Positions 24,551 to 32,000 of a stretch of 32,000 bases of DNA are shown here, one piece after another. Within the stretch, counting starts at the first letter, position 1, and each line of letters opens with the position of its first letter. The position numbers and the translations under genes are program-made. Source of the DNA: Ferroglobus placidus DSM 10642 (lineage in GTDB: Archaea; Halobacteriota; Archaeoglobi; Archaeoglobales; Archaeoglobaceae); assembly GCF_000025505.1 (NCBI RefSeq), contig NC_013849.1:810001-842000 (forward strand). Reading direction: 5' to 3'. Under the pieces are notes generated by a model. The model made no database searches and was not told the DNA's origin. It saw only the letters and a program-made list of their open reading frames with translations.

Positions 24551-24858
24551 ATGATCAAGATAAAAAGAATTTATGACGAACCAACTGAAGAGGACGGATT
24601 TCGGATACTGATAGACAGGCTCTGGCCAAGGGGGATTAAAAAGGAGAAGCTAAAATCGATTTATGGCTGAAAAAGATCGCTCCTTCAAATGAGCTTAGAA
24701 AATGGTTCTCCCATAAGAAAGAGCGATGGGAGGAGTTTAAAAAGAAGTACGAAGAACGTGGAACGATAACCCTTCTGTTTTCAGCAAGGGATGTTAAACA
24801 TAATAATGCGGTCGTTTTGAAGGAAGTGTTAGAGGACGAAAGTAACGACATCACCTAA
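24551..24858 (+). pseudogene. DUF488-family gene remnant (frameshift plus probable internal deletion)
   Basis: ATG 24551 gives [35 protein letters not shown] and then a premature TGA at 24668-24670. A different frame continues [61 protein letters not shown] to TAA 24856-24858. Both halves are typical DUF488 sequence. Confidence 0.6.
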
Positions 24859-24916
24859 AAAGTTGCCATAGTTTTCAGCTCCCACTCAAATGCCTCCAGC
24901 GACTCTAACAATAATG

Positions 24917-24925
24917 TTTATATTA
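24917..24925 (+). promoter_or_regulatory. candidate TATA box for ccmC
   Basis: tttatatta lies 22-30 nt upstream of ATG 24947 and inside the longer track ORF (24890). A GAGG sits at 24941-24944. Confidence 0.4.
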
Positions 24926-24946
24926 CCTCGTTCAAAGTTAGAGGCG

Positions 24947-25585
24947 ATGAGGTATGAAGCCGGCGTTTTACTCGTTTTAGCTGCACTCGTTCTCTTCGCA
25001 GCCGGATCGTACATAGGACTTGTTATTCTTCCTCCGTCTCCAGAAAAAATCCTCGAAAACAACTACAGAATAATTTTCTTCCACTTACCAGCAGCCATCA
25101 ACTCGTTTTTAGCCTTCACGGTCACGTTAATTTCCGGAATACTCTACTTGAAAACGAGGAACTCAAAGTTCGACATTCTCGCCTCTTCGTCAGCTTTGGT
25201 TGGTTTCGTTTACATAACAGCCGCTTTGATAAGCGGAAGCATATGGGCGAACAGAGCTTGGGGGACTTACTGGAACTGGGATCCAAGAGAGACGACTGTC
25301 CTGATTCTCTGGTTCGTCTACGCAGCTTATTTCGCTTTACGCTCTTCCATAGACAATCCGGAAGATAAAGCGAGGATCTCTTCGATCTACGCTATTTTCG
25401 CGTACGTCACCGTTCCTCTAAGCTATCTATCGACGAGGTTGTGGTTTTCTCTGCATCCGACAACGGCGGAAATTCACATAAAAATAGCCGTCCCCCTCGT
25501 GCTGAACATTTTAGCCTTCGCACTCCTCTACATCGCTCTAACCTACATAAACTACAAAGCTGAAAAGATTATGGAGGTGGTGTGA
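24947..25585 (+). CDS. ccmC: cytochrome c maturation haem exporter protein CcmC
   Basis: It carries the tryptophan-rich haem-handling motif WGTYWNWDPRETTVL and multiple TM helices. The start is taken at ATG 24947 (MRYEAGVLLV...) because of the TATA box position. Confidence 0.85.
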   Translation: MRYEAGVLLVLAALVLFAAGSYIGLVILPPSPEKILENNYRIIFFHLPAAINSFLAFTVTLISGILYLKTRNSKFDILASSSALVGFVYITAALISGSIWANRAWGTYWNWDPRETTVLILWFVYAAYFALRSSIDNPEDKARISSIYAIFAYVTVPLSYLSTRLWFSLHPTTAEIHIKIAVPLVLNILAFALLYIALTYINYKAEKIMEVV

Positions 25586-25698
25586 TGGACGATTTCACAG
25601 CTGTGTTTGCAGCCTCGATGGTTGTAATGTTTTTAATTTTCGCCTTAACAGTTTACAGCTTCGTGAAACTCAAGAAAATAGAAAAGATGCTGAAATAA
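25585..25698 (+). CDS. 37-aa single-TM protein, possible CcmD-like partner of CcmC
   Basis: ATG 25585 overlaps the ccmC stop (TGATG). The product is MDDFTAVFAASMVVMFLIFALTVYSFVKLKKIEKMLK, one TM helix plus a basic tail. It is below the ORF-track size cutoff. The call rests on position and architecture only. Confidence 0.4.
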   Translation: MDDFTAVFAASMVVMFLIFALTVYSFVKLKKIEKMLK

Positions 25699-26397
25699 TT
25701 AAATTTCGTAGAACTCGCCGGGCTTCAATATCACTACTTTAACGTCCAGCCCTCTTTCCTCAACGGCTTTCTTGAACTCCTCGGGATTCTTCTCGATGAC
25801 AGGGAAGGTGTTGTAGTGCATCGGAATTGCTACCTTCGGCTTTACGAGCTCAACGGCTTTTGCAGCAGCTTCGATTCCCATTGTGTACCAGTCTCCGATT
25901 GGAACAAGCATAACATCTGGCTTGTAAAGCTCTCCGATCAGCTGCATGTCCAAGAACACGTCCGTGTCTCCGCAGTGGTAAACTCTAACTCCATCTATTT
26001 CTATCACAAAACCAGCCGGGTCTCCGGCTGAAATAATCGTATCGTCCTCCTCGACATCGGAAGAGTGAACTGCTTTGACCATCGTGACTTTTACTCCGTT
26101 AACTTTAGCTGTCCCACCTATGTTCATCCCCACAGCTTCCACGCCCTTCTTAGCCAAGATTCTTGAAAGTTCGTGGATGCAAACGATGGGCACGTCGTTG
26201 TTCTTCGCAATTTCAACGGCATCTCCCAAATGGTCTCCGTGTCCGTGGGTTACGGCGACTAAATCCACCTTTATGTCCTCCACCTTCACCGGCGAAAGCG
26301 GGTTTCCGGTTATGAAAGGATCGACCACTACTTTTTTACTCCCTTCGATAAGGAAGGCTGCATGCCCCAACCACCACACCTTCACCACTTCAACCAC
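25699..26397 (-). CDS. metallo-beta-lactamase-fold hydrolase, UPF0173 family
   Basis: 232-aa ORF with WLGHAAFLIEG, VDPFITGNP, THGHGDHLGD, HCGDT and IPMHYNTFP blocks. Confidence 0.8.
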   Translation of the reverse strand: MVEVVKVWWLGHAAFLIEGSKKVVVDPFITGNPLSPVKVEDIKVDLVAVTHGHGDHLGDAVEIAKNNDVPIVCIHELSRILAKKGVEAVGMNIGGTAKVNGVKVTMVKAVHSSDVEEDDTIISAGDPAGFVIEIDGVRVYHCGDTDVFLDMQLIGELYKPDVMLVPIGDWYTMGIEAAAKAVELVKPKVAIPMHYNTFPVIEKNPEEFKKAVEERGLDVKVVILKPGEFYEI

Positions 26398-26444
26398 CTC
26401 CGGAAAGAAATTCTCCTCTCTGCTTAAAGCTGTTTCAGTCTGTA

Positions 26445-27350
26445 TTAAAGTTTCTCAACAATCTCGAGCAAAAACTTCGAAAGCTTTACCGCATCCTCCT
26501 TACTCTTCATAATCGTGTCCGTCGAAAACACCTCGCAATCCACCTCACTTCTAACCCACTCATCGCCGGTTTGAACGACTAAAGCGTCGAGAAAGTCTTT
26601 ATAAACTTCGTAAACCCCAGCCGGAGAGACTTCGTATCCCTTCGCTCTCATAAACTTGGCAGCAGGACCGCTCACCGGAGAGCTCCCTATTATCGGAGAT
26701 ACAGCCACGACTATTTTCTCCTCCAGAACCTCTCTCACTCCTTTAACCATTAAAATTGGGGATATGCTCGTTATGGGGTTGCTCGGTCCTATTATCACCG
26801 CTTTACTTCTCTCAAGCTCCCCCAAAACCTCCTCAGTAGCTTCAGCCTTCTCAATTCCTTTAAAATACACGTCGTAAACTTCTGGCTCTCCCCTATGCTT
26901 TATCCAGAACTCCTGAAAGTGTAAATCTCCGGCGTCGCAAACTATCCTCGTCTCCACCTCCTCTTCGCACATCGGCAGAACTTTATTCTTTACTCCGTAA
27001 GCCTCCGCAAGCTTCAGAGTTGCTTCAGTCAAGGAATACCCTTTTCTCAACAGCTCGCTTCTGAAAATGTGAGTTGCTCTGTCGATATCTCCTATCATCA
27101 GCATTTCGTCAAATCCGAGCTTTTTCAGAAAGTTGTGGGTAACAAAGGAATCGTTCTTTACTCCCCACCACTTATCCTCATCTATTATTTCGGCGAGAGC
27201 GTAAATAACGGAATCTATGTCGGGACAAACCTTATTCCCCGAAACCCAGATGTCTTCGGCTGTATTGACTACTACCGAAAAATCAGCCACCTCTTTAAGA
27301 CCGGTAAGCAGCTTTGGCGTTCCGGTTCCTCCCGAAAGCACCGCCAGCAT
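26445..27350 (-). CDS. cofD: 2-phospho-L-lactate transferase (F420 biosynthesis)
   Basis: 301-aa ORF with N-terminal [17 protein letters not shown], plus [34 protein letters not shown] and [16 protein letters not shown] typical of CofD. Its start lies 1 nt after the phoU stop. Confidence 0.85.
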   Translation of the reverse strand: MLAVLSGGTGTPKLLTGLKEVADFSVVVNTAEDIWVSGNKVCPDIDSVIYALAEIIDEDKWWGVKNDSFVTHNFLKKLGFDEMLMIGDIDRATHIFRSELLRKGYSLTEATLKLAEAYGVKNKVLPMCEEEVETRIVCDAGDLHFQEFWIKHRGEPEVYDVYFKGIEKAEATEEVLGELERSKAVIIGPSNPITSISPILMVKGVREVLEEKIVVAVSPIIGSSPVSGPAAKFMRAKGYEVSPAGVYEVYKDFLDALVVQTGDEWVRSEVDCEVFSTDTIMKSKEDAVKLSKFLLEIVEKL

Positions 27351-27351
27351 C

Positions 27352-28296
27352 TCACTCCACCGATAGATTGAGAACTATTTCAGCCACGTCCTCAGAGTAT
27401 CCGACTACTCTCGAAAGAGCGTCAGAGATGGTCTTTTTGAGCAAAGCATCCTCGGCATCACTTACCTCGAATACTCTAAGCTTTGCTTTTAAATCTCTCG
27501 TCAGTTCGAAAAGCTCTTCAGCAAGGTTTTCATCCCTCCTAAAGAAGGAGTTCATGGCAATTCTGAAAGCTCTCCTAACTTCCTCGGAAATTTGGTAGAA
27601 CTCGCATCCCCTCCTCTGCCTTAACATTTCCTCAGCCATCGCAGTTAGATGATCTGCGACCCTCTCAACATTCTTCACAACAATTCTATAGCCGAGAATC
27701 TCCCTCGGCTTCAGATTTATCATCGAAGCCACATCCTGATAGCTGAGAGCCATTTTCAGCTGTCTGAGAATTAAAAAGTACAATCTGTCGACCTCTTTTT
27801 CCCTCTCCAAAATGCTGACGCAAAGGTTTTCGTCGAATTCCTCCATGCATTTAGATAAATCCTCGTGCATGCTCTGAGTAATTGAGAACATTTTTTCGAG
27901 CAACTCTTCCGGCTTAAACCTCCTTTCGCTGTGGAATATAACTATCTTGAGTTCGTTAACGTAGTCTTCTATGACCTCAGCTCCTATCAGCATCTCCACG
28001 GCTTCGTAAACAGCCTTTCTAATCTCAGGAGGTACTTTCACTCTTATGCTCGTGTAGCCAGCGAGATAATAGGAGATTACCTTCCTTACGAGCGTGTCCG
28101 CTTTTTCTACTCCTGAAATCGTCCCTTCCTTTTCCGAGATTTTTGAAAGGGAGGGAAATATTCTTATCGAATTCTTACCTATTTCGACGTAAACTACGTC
28201 ACCAGCTTTAACGTTGTTTTCCTCAAGCCATTTTTTAGGCAGCGTTACGATGTAACTGCTCCCGCTCACGAACACCTTCCTCGGCTGCACCTCCAT
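27352..28296 (-). CDS. phoU: archaeal phosphate uptake regulator: AbrB/SpoVT-like N-terminal domain plus two PhoU repeats
   Basis: The N-terminal [28 protein letters not shown] is an AbrB-type swapped hairpin, followed by two helical PhoU-like repeats (...[10 protein letters not shown]..., ...[16 protein letters not shown]...). ATG 28296 is preferred over GTG 28314 because a TATA-like box (28315-28326) would otherwise lie only about 8 nt from the start. Confidence 0.8.
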   Translation of the reverse strand: MEVQPRKVFVSGSSYIVTLPKKWLEENNVKAGDVVYVEIGKNSIRIFPSLSKISEKEGTISGVEKADTLVRKVISYYLAGYTSIRVKVPPEIRKAVYEAVEMLIGAEVIEDYVNELKIVIFHSERRFKPEELLEKMFSITQSMHEDLSKCMEEFDENLCVSILEREKEVDRLYFLILRQLKMALSYQDVASMINLKPREILGYRIVVKNVERVADHLTAMAEEMLRQRRGCEFYQISEEVRRAFRIAMNSFFRRDENLAEELFELTRDLKAKLRVFEVSDAEDALLKKTISDALSRVVGYSEDVAEIVLNLSVE

Positions 28297-28314
28297 AAAT
28301 CTTCTCAGCGACAC

Positions 28315-28403
28315 CTATATTTTTACGTTTCTATGCTGATCGATATAGATAGCTGATATTAGCTATATGAAAAACATATAAACAACTCTACAGATTTCGA
28401 AAC
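28315..28403. promoter_or_regulatory. divergent phoU / pstS promoter region with repeated GCTGAT motif and short palindromes
   Basis: There are TATA-like boxes for both directions: ctatatttttac at 28315-28326 for phoU and catataaac at 28375-28383 for pstS. Between them GCTGAT occurs at 28335-28340 and 28352-28357, embedded in tatGCTGATcgatat / ataGCTGATattagc. TAGCTgatattAGCTA is an inverted repeat. Confidence 0.35.
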
Positions 28404-29357
28404 ATGAAAAAACTCTTGCTGGGACTGAGCTTGGTTTTGATAGCTTCATTACTTGCGGGATGCTCCCAAGAAGGAAAGAAAGGAGAGATTTCCGGGGAAG
28501 TTAAGGTAGCTGGAAGCAGCACGGTCTATCCAATTACCATCGCTATGGCTGAGGAGTTCAACAAGCTTTATCCAAACGTAGTAGTTTCCGTCCAGTCAAC
28601 CGGAACTGGGGGAGGATTTAAGAACTTCTTCATTCCCGGCTACGCAGACATAAACGACGCGAGCAGACCTATTAAGCCGGAAGAGCTCGAAGCTGCTAAG
28701 AAAAACGGAGTAGAGCCAATAGAGTTTCTTGTAGCTTACGATGCCTTAACGGTGATAGTGAACCCGGAGAACGACTGGGTGGATTGTTTAAGCTTCGAAG
28801 AGCTGAGAAAGATCTGGGGTCCGGAGGCGACTGGAAATATAACGAAGTGGAGCGACGTAAATCCCGAATGGCCCGACGAAGAAATGCACCTCTACGGTCC
28901 GACTTCAGCTTCCGGAACCTTCGACTTCTTCACAGAGGTCGTGATAGGAAAAGAAGACGCTCACAGGAAGGATTACCACGGAACCGAGGAGGATAACACG
29001 ATAATTCAGGCTGTTGAAAGGGATAGATATGCGATGGGATATCTGGGTTTAGCCTACTACCTCGAAAACAAAGACAAGGTGAAGGCTGTGAAAATAAAGA
29101 ACGAAAAAGGCGTTTGCGTCGAGCCGAGCATCGAAACTGCGAGAAGCGGAGAGTATCCGTTGACGAGACCGCTATACATCTACGTCAACAAAGAAAGCTT
29201 GAAAAAGCCTGCTGTGAGAGAATTCGTTAGATTCTATCTCGAAAACCTTGACAGCGGAATAGTAGAAGAGATAGGCTACGTTCCGGTGGACGAAAAAACG
29301 AAGGAAGAGAACCTGAAAAAATTCGAGGAGGCTTTAAAAGAGCTTGGAATTGAGTAG
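28404..29357 (+). CDS. pstS: phosphate ABC transporter substrate-binding lipoprotein
   Basis: 317-aa ORF with lipobox SLLAGC. VAGSSTVYPI, STGTGGGFK, GPTSASGTFDFF and YPLTRPLYIYV are PstS/PBP blocks. Confidence 0.9.
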   Translation: MKKLLLGLSLVLIASLLAGCSQEGKKGEISGEVKVAGSSTVYPITIAMAEEFNKLYPNVVVSVQSTGTGGGFKNFFIPGYADINDASRPIKPEELEAAKKNGVEPIEFLVAYDALTVIVNPENDWVDCLSFEELRKIWGPEATGNITKWSDVNPEWPDEEMHLYGPTSASGTFDFFTEVVIGKEDAHRKDYHGTEEDNTIIQAVERDRYAMGYLGLAYYLENKDKVKAVKIKNEKGVCVEPSIETARSGEYPLTRPLYIYVNKESLKKPAVREFVRFYLENLDSGIVEEIGYVPVDEKTKEENLKKFEEALKELGIE

Positions 29358-29367
29358 ATTTCATACA

Positions 29368-29377
29368 TTTTTTATTT
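29368..29377 (+). terminator. oligo-T tract between pstS and pstC (possible partial terminator, alternatively a pstC TATA-like element)
   Basis: ttttttattt lies 11 nt after the pstS stop, in a 40-nt gap. Archaeal termination commonly uses oligo-T tracts, and attenuation after the binding-protein gene is common in ABC operons. This is not demonstrated here. Confidence 0.25.
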
Positions 29378-29397
29378 AGCGAAGGCGACGATAGCTT

Positions 29398-30288
29398 ATG
29401 AGGGTGAAGGAAAAAATCATAGAAATTTCACTTTTCAGCTTCGCCCTGATGACCATTTTGATAACCTTCGGAATCGTCGCGAGTTTGATTTTCGAAACAG
29501 CCTACTTTTTCCGTCACGTCTCCCCCATTGAATTCTTCTTAGGAACGGAGTGGAGTCCCACTATAGCTCCCTACAGCTTCGGAGTTCTTCCTCTCGTTTC
29601 GGGAACGCTGATGGTAACGCTCGGAGCGGCTTTAATAGCGATTCCTTCAGGATTGCTTGCAGCTATATACTTAAGCGAGTACGCGAGCGAGAGAGTGAGA
29701 GCAATTTTAAAGCCAGCCTTAGAAGTTTTAGCGGGAATTCCGACCGTCGTTTACGGATTCTTCGCGTTCGTTTACATAACTCCGTTCCTTAAAAAAATAA
29801 TTCCGGACTTAGCAGCTTACAACGCTTTAAGCGCTTCCATAGTCGTCGGAATCATGATAATTCCGATCGTCGCAAGCATAAGCGAAGATGCGTTAAGGGC
29901 TGTTCCGAAGTCTCTAAGAGAGGCTGGCTTCGCTCTGGGGGCTTCGAAAGTCAGAGTTATTTGGAGTATAGTCGTTCCTTCCGCACTTTCCGGAATCGTA
30001 GCCAGCTTCATTTTGGGAATCTCGAGGGCTATAGGAGAGACGATGGCAGTTACTATAGCTGCCGGCAGAGTTCCGAGGCTCGTTAACATTCTCAACCCGG
30101 AAGACTGGATAAAGCCAATAGAAACCATGACCGCTGCCATGGTTGAAATAGGCTTAAGCGACGTCTCCGGAGAAAGCATAGCCTACAAGAGCCTATTTGC
30201 GATTGGCTTCACCCTCTTCATCATGACGTTTGCCCTCAATGCGGTGAGCAATTACATTAAAATGCGTTTCAGGGAGGTGTACAGATGA
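29398..30288 (+). CDS. pstC: phosphate ABC transporter permease PstC
   Basis: 296-aa polytopic ORF with the permease EAA-type loop [23 protein letters not shown] and the IGETMAV block. Confidence 0.9.
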   Translation: MRVKEKIIEISLFSFALMTILITFGIVASLIFETAYFFRHVSPIEFFLGTEWSPTIAPYSFGVLPLVSGTLMVTLGAALIAIPSGLLAAIYLSEYASERVRAILKPALEVLAGIPTVVYGFFAFVYITPFLKKIIPDLAAYNALSASIVVGIMIIPIVASISEDALRAVPKSLREAGFALGASKVRVIWSIVVPSALSGIVASFILGISRAIGETMAVTIAAGRVPRLVNILNPEDWIKPIETMTAAMVEIGLSDVSGESIAYKSLFAIGFTLFIMTFALNAVSNYIKMRFREVYR

Positions 30289-31133
30289 AGATTTCGGATA
30301 AGCTCTTTTTAGTGCTTTGCTTAGCGGCAACAGTTTTTGGATTACTCGTTCTTTCAGCCCTCATCGTTTACACGTTTTACGAAGCTTTAGGATGGCTCGA
30401 TTTACAGTTCCTCACGTCACCTCCCTCAAGGTTTCCGGAAAAAGCCGGAATTTATCCAGCATTGGTAAGCTCGGTATACATGATAACCCTCGTCGGAATC
30501 TTCGTCCTCCCTCTCGGAGTCGGAGCAGCCTTATATCTGGAAGAGTACGCTAAAAAAGGAAAGTTAACGAGAATTATCGACGTGAACATCTCGAACTTGG
30601 CAGCGGTGCCATCAATAGTTTACGGGCTTCTCGGGATAGGACTTTTCGTTGCCACTTTCAAACTGAAGCCGGGAACCGTGTTAGTTGGAGCTCTAACTCT
30701 AACGCTCTTAGTTGTTCCTATAGTGATCGTCACTGCACAGGAAGCGCTGAGAGCTGTTCCGAAGTCGGTGAGGGAGGCGAGTTTCGCTTTGGGAGCAACG
30801 AAGTGGCAGACAATCAAGGAAGTCGTTTTGCCTCAAGCTTTTCCCGGCATTTTAACCGGAGTAATTCTCGCTCTTTCAAGAGCTATAGGAGAGACGGCTC
30901 CACTAATCATGATTGGAATGGCTACAACGGTTTTTGTAGCTCCGAAAGACATATTTAGTCCAGCTACTGCCATGCCCCTCCAAATATTCATGTGGACCGA
31001 CATGCCACAGGAAGAGTTCCTCCACGGTGTGGCTCCAGCGGGAGTTATAGTCCTGCTTGCGGTCATGTTGTCGATGAACGCCCTCGCCATATACTTGAGA
31101 AATAGGTTCTACAGGAAGCTTAAGGGGTGGTAA
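30285..31133 (+). CDS. pstA: phosphate ABC transporter permease PstA
   Basis: 282-aa polytopic ORF with [25 protein letters not shown] and the [11 protein letters not shown] block. It overlaps pstC by 4 nt. Confidence 0.9.
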   Translation: MKISDKLFLVLCLAATVFGLLVLSALIVYTFYEALGWLDLQFLTSPPSRFPEKAGIYPALVSSVYMITLVGIFVLPLGVGAALYLEEYAKKGKLTRIIDVNISNLAAVPSIVYGLLGIGLFVATFKLKPGTVLVGALTLTLLVVPIVIVTAQEALRAVPKSVREASFALGATKWQTIKEVVLPQAFPGILTGVILALSRAIGETAPLIMIGMATTVFVAPKDIFSPATAMPLQIFMWTDMPQEEFLHGVAPAGVIVLLAVMLSMNALAIYLRNRFYRKLKGW

Positions 31134-31134
31134 A

Positions 31135-31887
31135 ATGATAGTATTCGACGTCAAAAACCTGAGCGTGTATTATGGCGATAAAGTCGGAATTCAGGACGTG
31201 AACATCGAGATTTACAAAAATAAGGTGACAGCAATAATGGGTCCGAGCGGCTGCGGAAAGTCCACCTTTTTGAGGTCTCTAAACAGATTGATAGAGCTTG
31301 TGGAAAACGTCAGAGTTGAGGGAAAGGTTTTGTTCGAAGGAAAGAACATCTACGACCCAGACGTTGATCCGGTTGAGCTGAGAAAGAGAATAGGGATGGT
31401 TTTCCAGCATCCAAACCCATTTCCAAAGAGCATATTCGACAACGTAGCCTTCGGACCGAGAATTCACGGTATAAAAGACAAGAAAAAACTCGAAAAGATA
31501 GTTGAAGACGCTTTGAAGAAAGCTGCGCTATGGGATGAAGTCAAGGACAGACTCCACGATTCGGCTTTGAGGCTCAGCGGAGGACAGCAGCAGAGGCTTT
31601 GCATAGCGAGAGCTATTGCTACGAATCCCGAGGTGATTCTCTTCGACGAGCCCACAGCCTCTCTCGATCCGATAGCCGCTTCGAAAATAGAGGACCTTAT
31701 AGTGGATTTGAAGAAGAGCTATACAGTTGTCGTCGTTACTCACAACATTCAGCAGGCAGCGAGAATAAGCGACTACGTAGCTTTCTTCTGGATGGGAAAG
31801 CTTGTTGAGTACGGAAAAACGGAAGAAGTCTTTGAAAATCCGCAGAACGAGCTTACAGAGAAGTACTTGACGGGAAGAATAGGATGA
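31135..31887 (+). CDS. pstB: phosphate ABC transporter ATP-binding protein
   Basis: 250-aa ORF with Walker [10 protein letters not shown], the [12 protein letters not shown] block, ABC signature [14 protein letters not shown] and Walker [12 protein letters not shown]. Confidence 0.95.
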   Translation: MIVFDVKNLSVYYGDKVGIQDVNIEIYKNKVTAIMGPSGCGKSTFLRSLNRLIELVENVRVEGKVLFEGKNIYDPDVDPVELRKRIGMVFQHPNPFPKSIFDNVAFGPRIHGIKDKKKLEKIVEDALKKAALWDEVKDRLHDSALRLSGGQQQRLCIARAIATNPEVILFDEPTASLDPIAASKIEDLIVDLKKSYTVVVVTHNIQQAARISDYVAFFWMGKLVEYGKTEEVFENPQNELTEKYLTGRIG

Positions 31888-32000
31888 AAGTTCTCTTCGT
31901 TTGCCGGGAAAACACGTGCAGAAGCGTTATGGCTGAAGCTATATTTAACTCTCTGAGCGAAAAACACAGAGCCGAAAGTGCCGGAGTTGAGAGGGGAGAG
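31884..32000 (+). CDS. low-molecular-weight phosphotyrosine phosphatase / ArsC-type arsenate reductase family protein, N-terminal part (continues beyond window)
   Basis: The ATG at 31884 overlaps the pstB stop (ATGA). [22 protein letters not shown] contains the C-x5-R-S P-loop of the LMW-PTP/ArsC fold. Confidence 0.7.
   Translation, partial: MKVLFVCRENTCRSVMAEAIFNSLSEKHRAESAGVERGE

Noticed and set aside
24636-24854. 72-aa minus-strand ORF
   Set aside because: It is antisense to the DUF488 remnant, whose plus-strand translation gives clear family motifs. The ORF has no start context or motif of its own.
1-32000. Search for mobile-element hallmarks (integrase, transposase, terminal inverted repeats, att-like direct repeats flanking the pseudogene patches or the CRISPR array)
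   Set aside because: No integrase- or transposase-like ORF and no convincing long terminal or direct repeats were seen by eye. The decayed genes look like in-situ erosion rather than parts of an identifiable island. A computational self-alignment would be needed to exclude short att sites.

Overview
This 32-kb window looks like compact chromosomal DNA from a hyperthermophilic euryarchaeon, probably Archaeoglobales-like. That assignment is inferred from gene content (SepRS, PurP, CofD, a CdhC-like protein, AbrB-PhoU, c-type cytochrome maturation) and from A/T-rich TATA-like boxes about 20-30 nt upstream of many start codons. No database search was possible, so all product names rest on motifs I recognise from memory.

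I support about 40 protein genes:
- Amino-acid and nucleotide metabolism: argC 3' end, purP, and a COG2509 FAD protein.
- Translation: a tightly overlapping gatC-gatA-sepS-nfi run.
- Phosphate uptake: a divergent phoU(-cofD) / pstSCAB unit, with an LMW-PTP/ArsC-type gene appended to pstB.
- Redox: hemerythrin-like plus DsrE-like genes, a GlcD-like FAD / CCG Fe-S pair, a PyrK-like gene, a nitroreductase, and ccmC with a tiny ccmD-like ORF.
- Regulators: a DtxR-family protein, two membrane-anchored wHTH proteins, and an RHH fusion.
- Several membrane or secreted proteins of unknown function.

There is one CRISPR array of 18 identical 24-nt repeats plus one degenerate copy. No cas gene lies anywhere in the window. 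Three genes are visibly decayed: a HEPN gene, a lipoprotein and a DUF488 gene. I saw no rRNA, tRNA, IS element or integrase.

I did not find a clear-cut novel multi-gene system such as a defence island. The most unusual items are:
- a solitary acetyl-CoA-synthase (CdhC) paralogue that keeps the four cubane cysteines but has no cysteine where the Ni-binding Cys-Gly-Cys should be;
- the cas-less short-repeat CRISPR array, which has repeat fragments in its presumed leader;
- a mosaic membrane protein combining a CxxCH haem-c site with a cytochrome-b5-like domain, next to a membrane-anchored regulator;
- an RHH domain fused to a possibly PurM-like domain.
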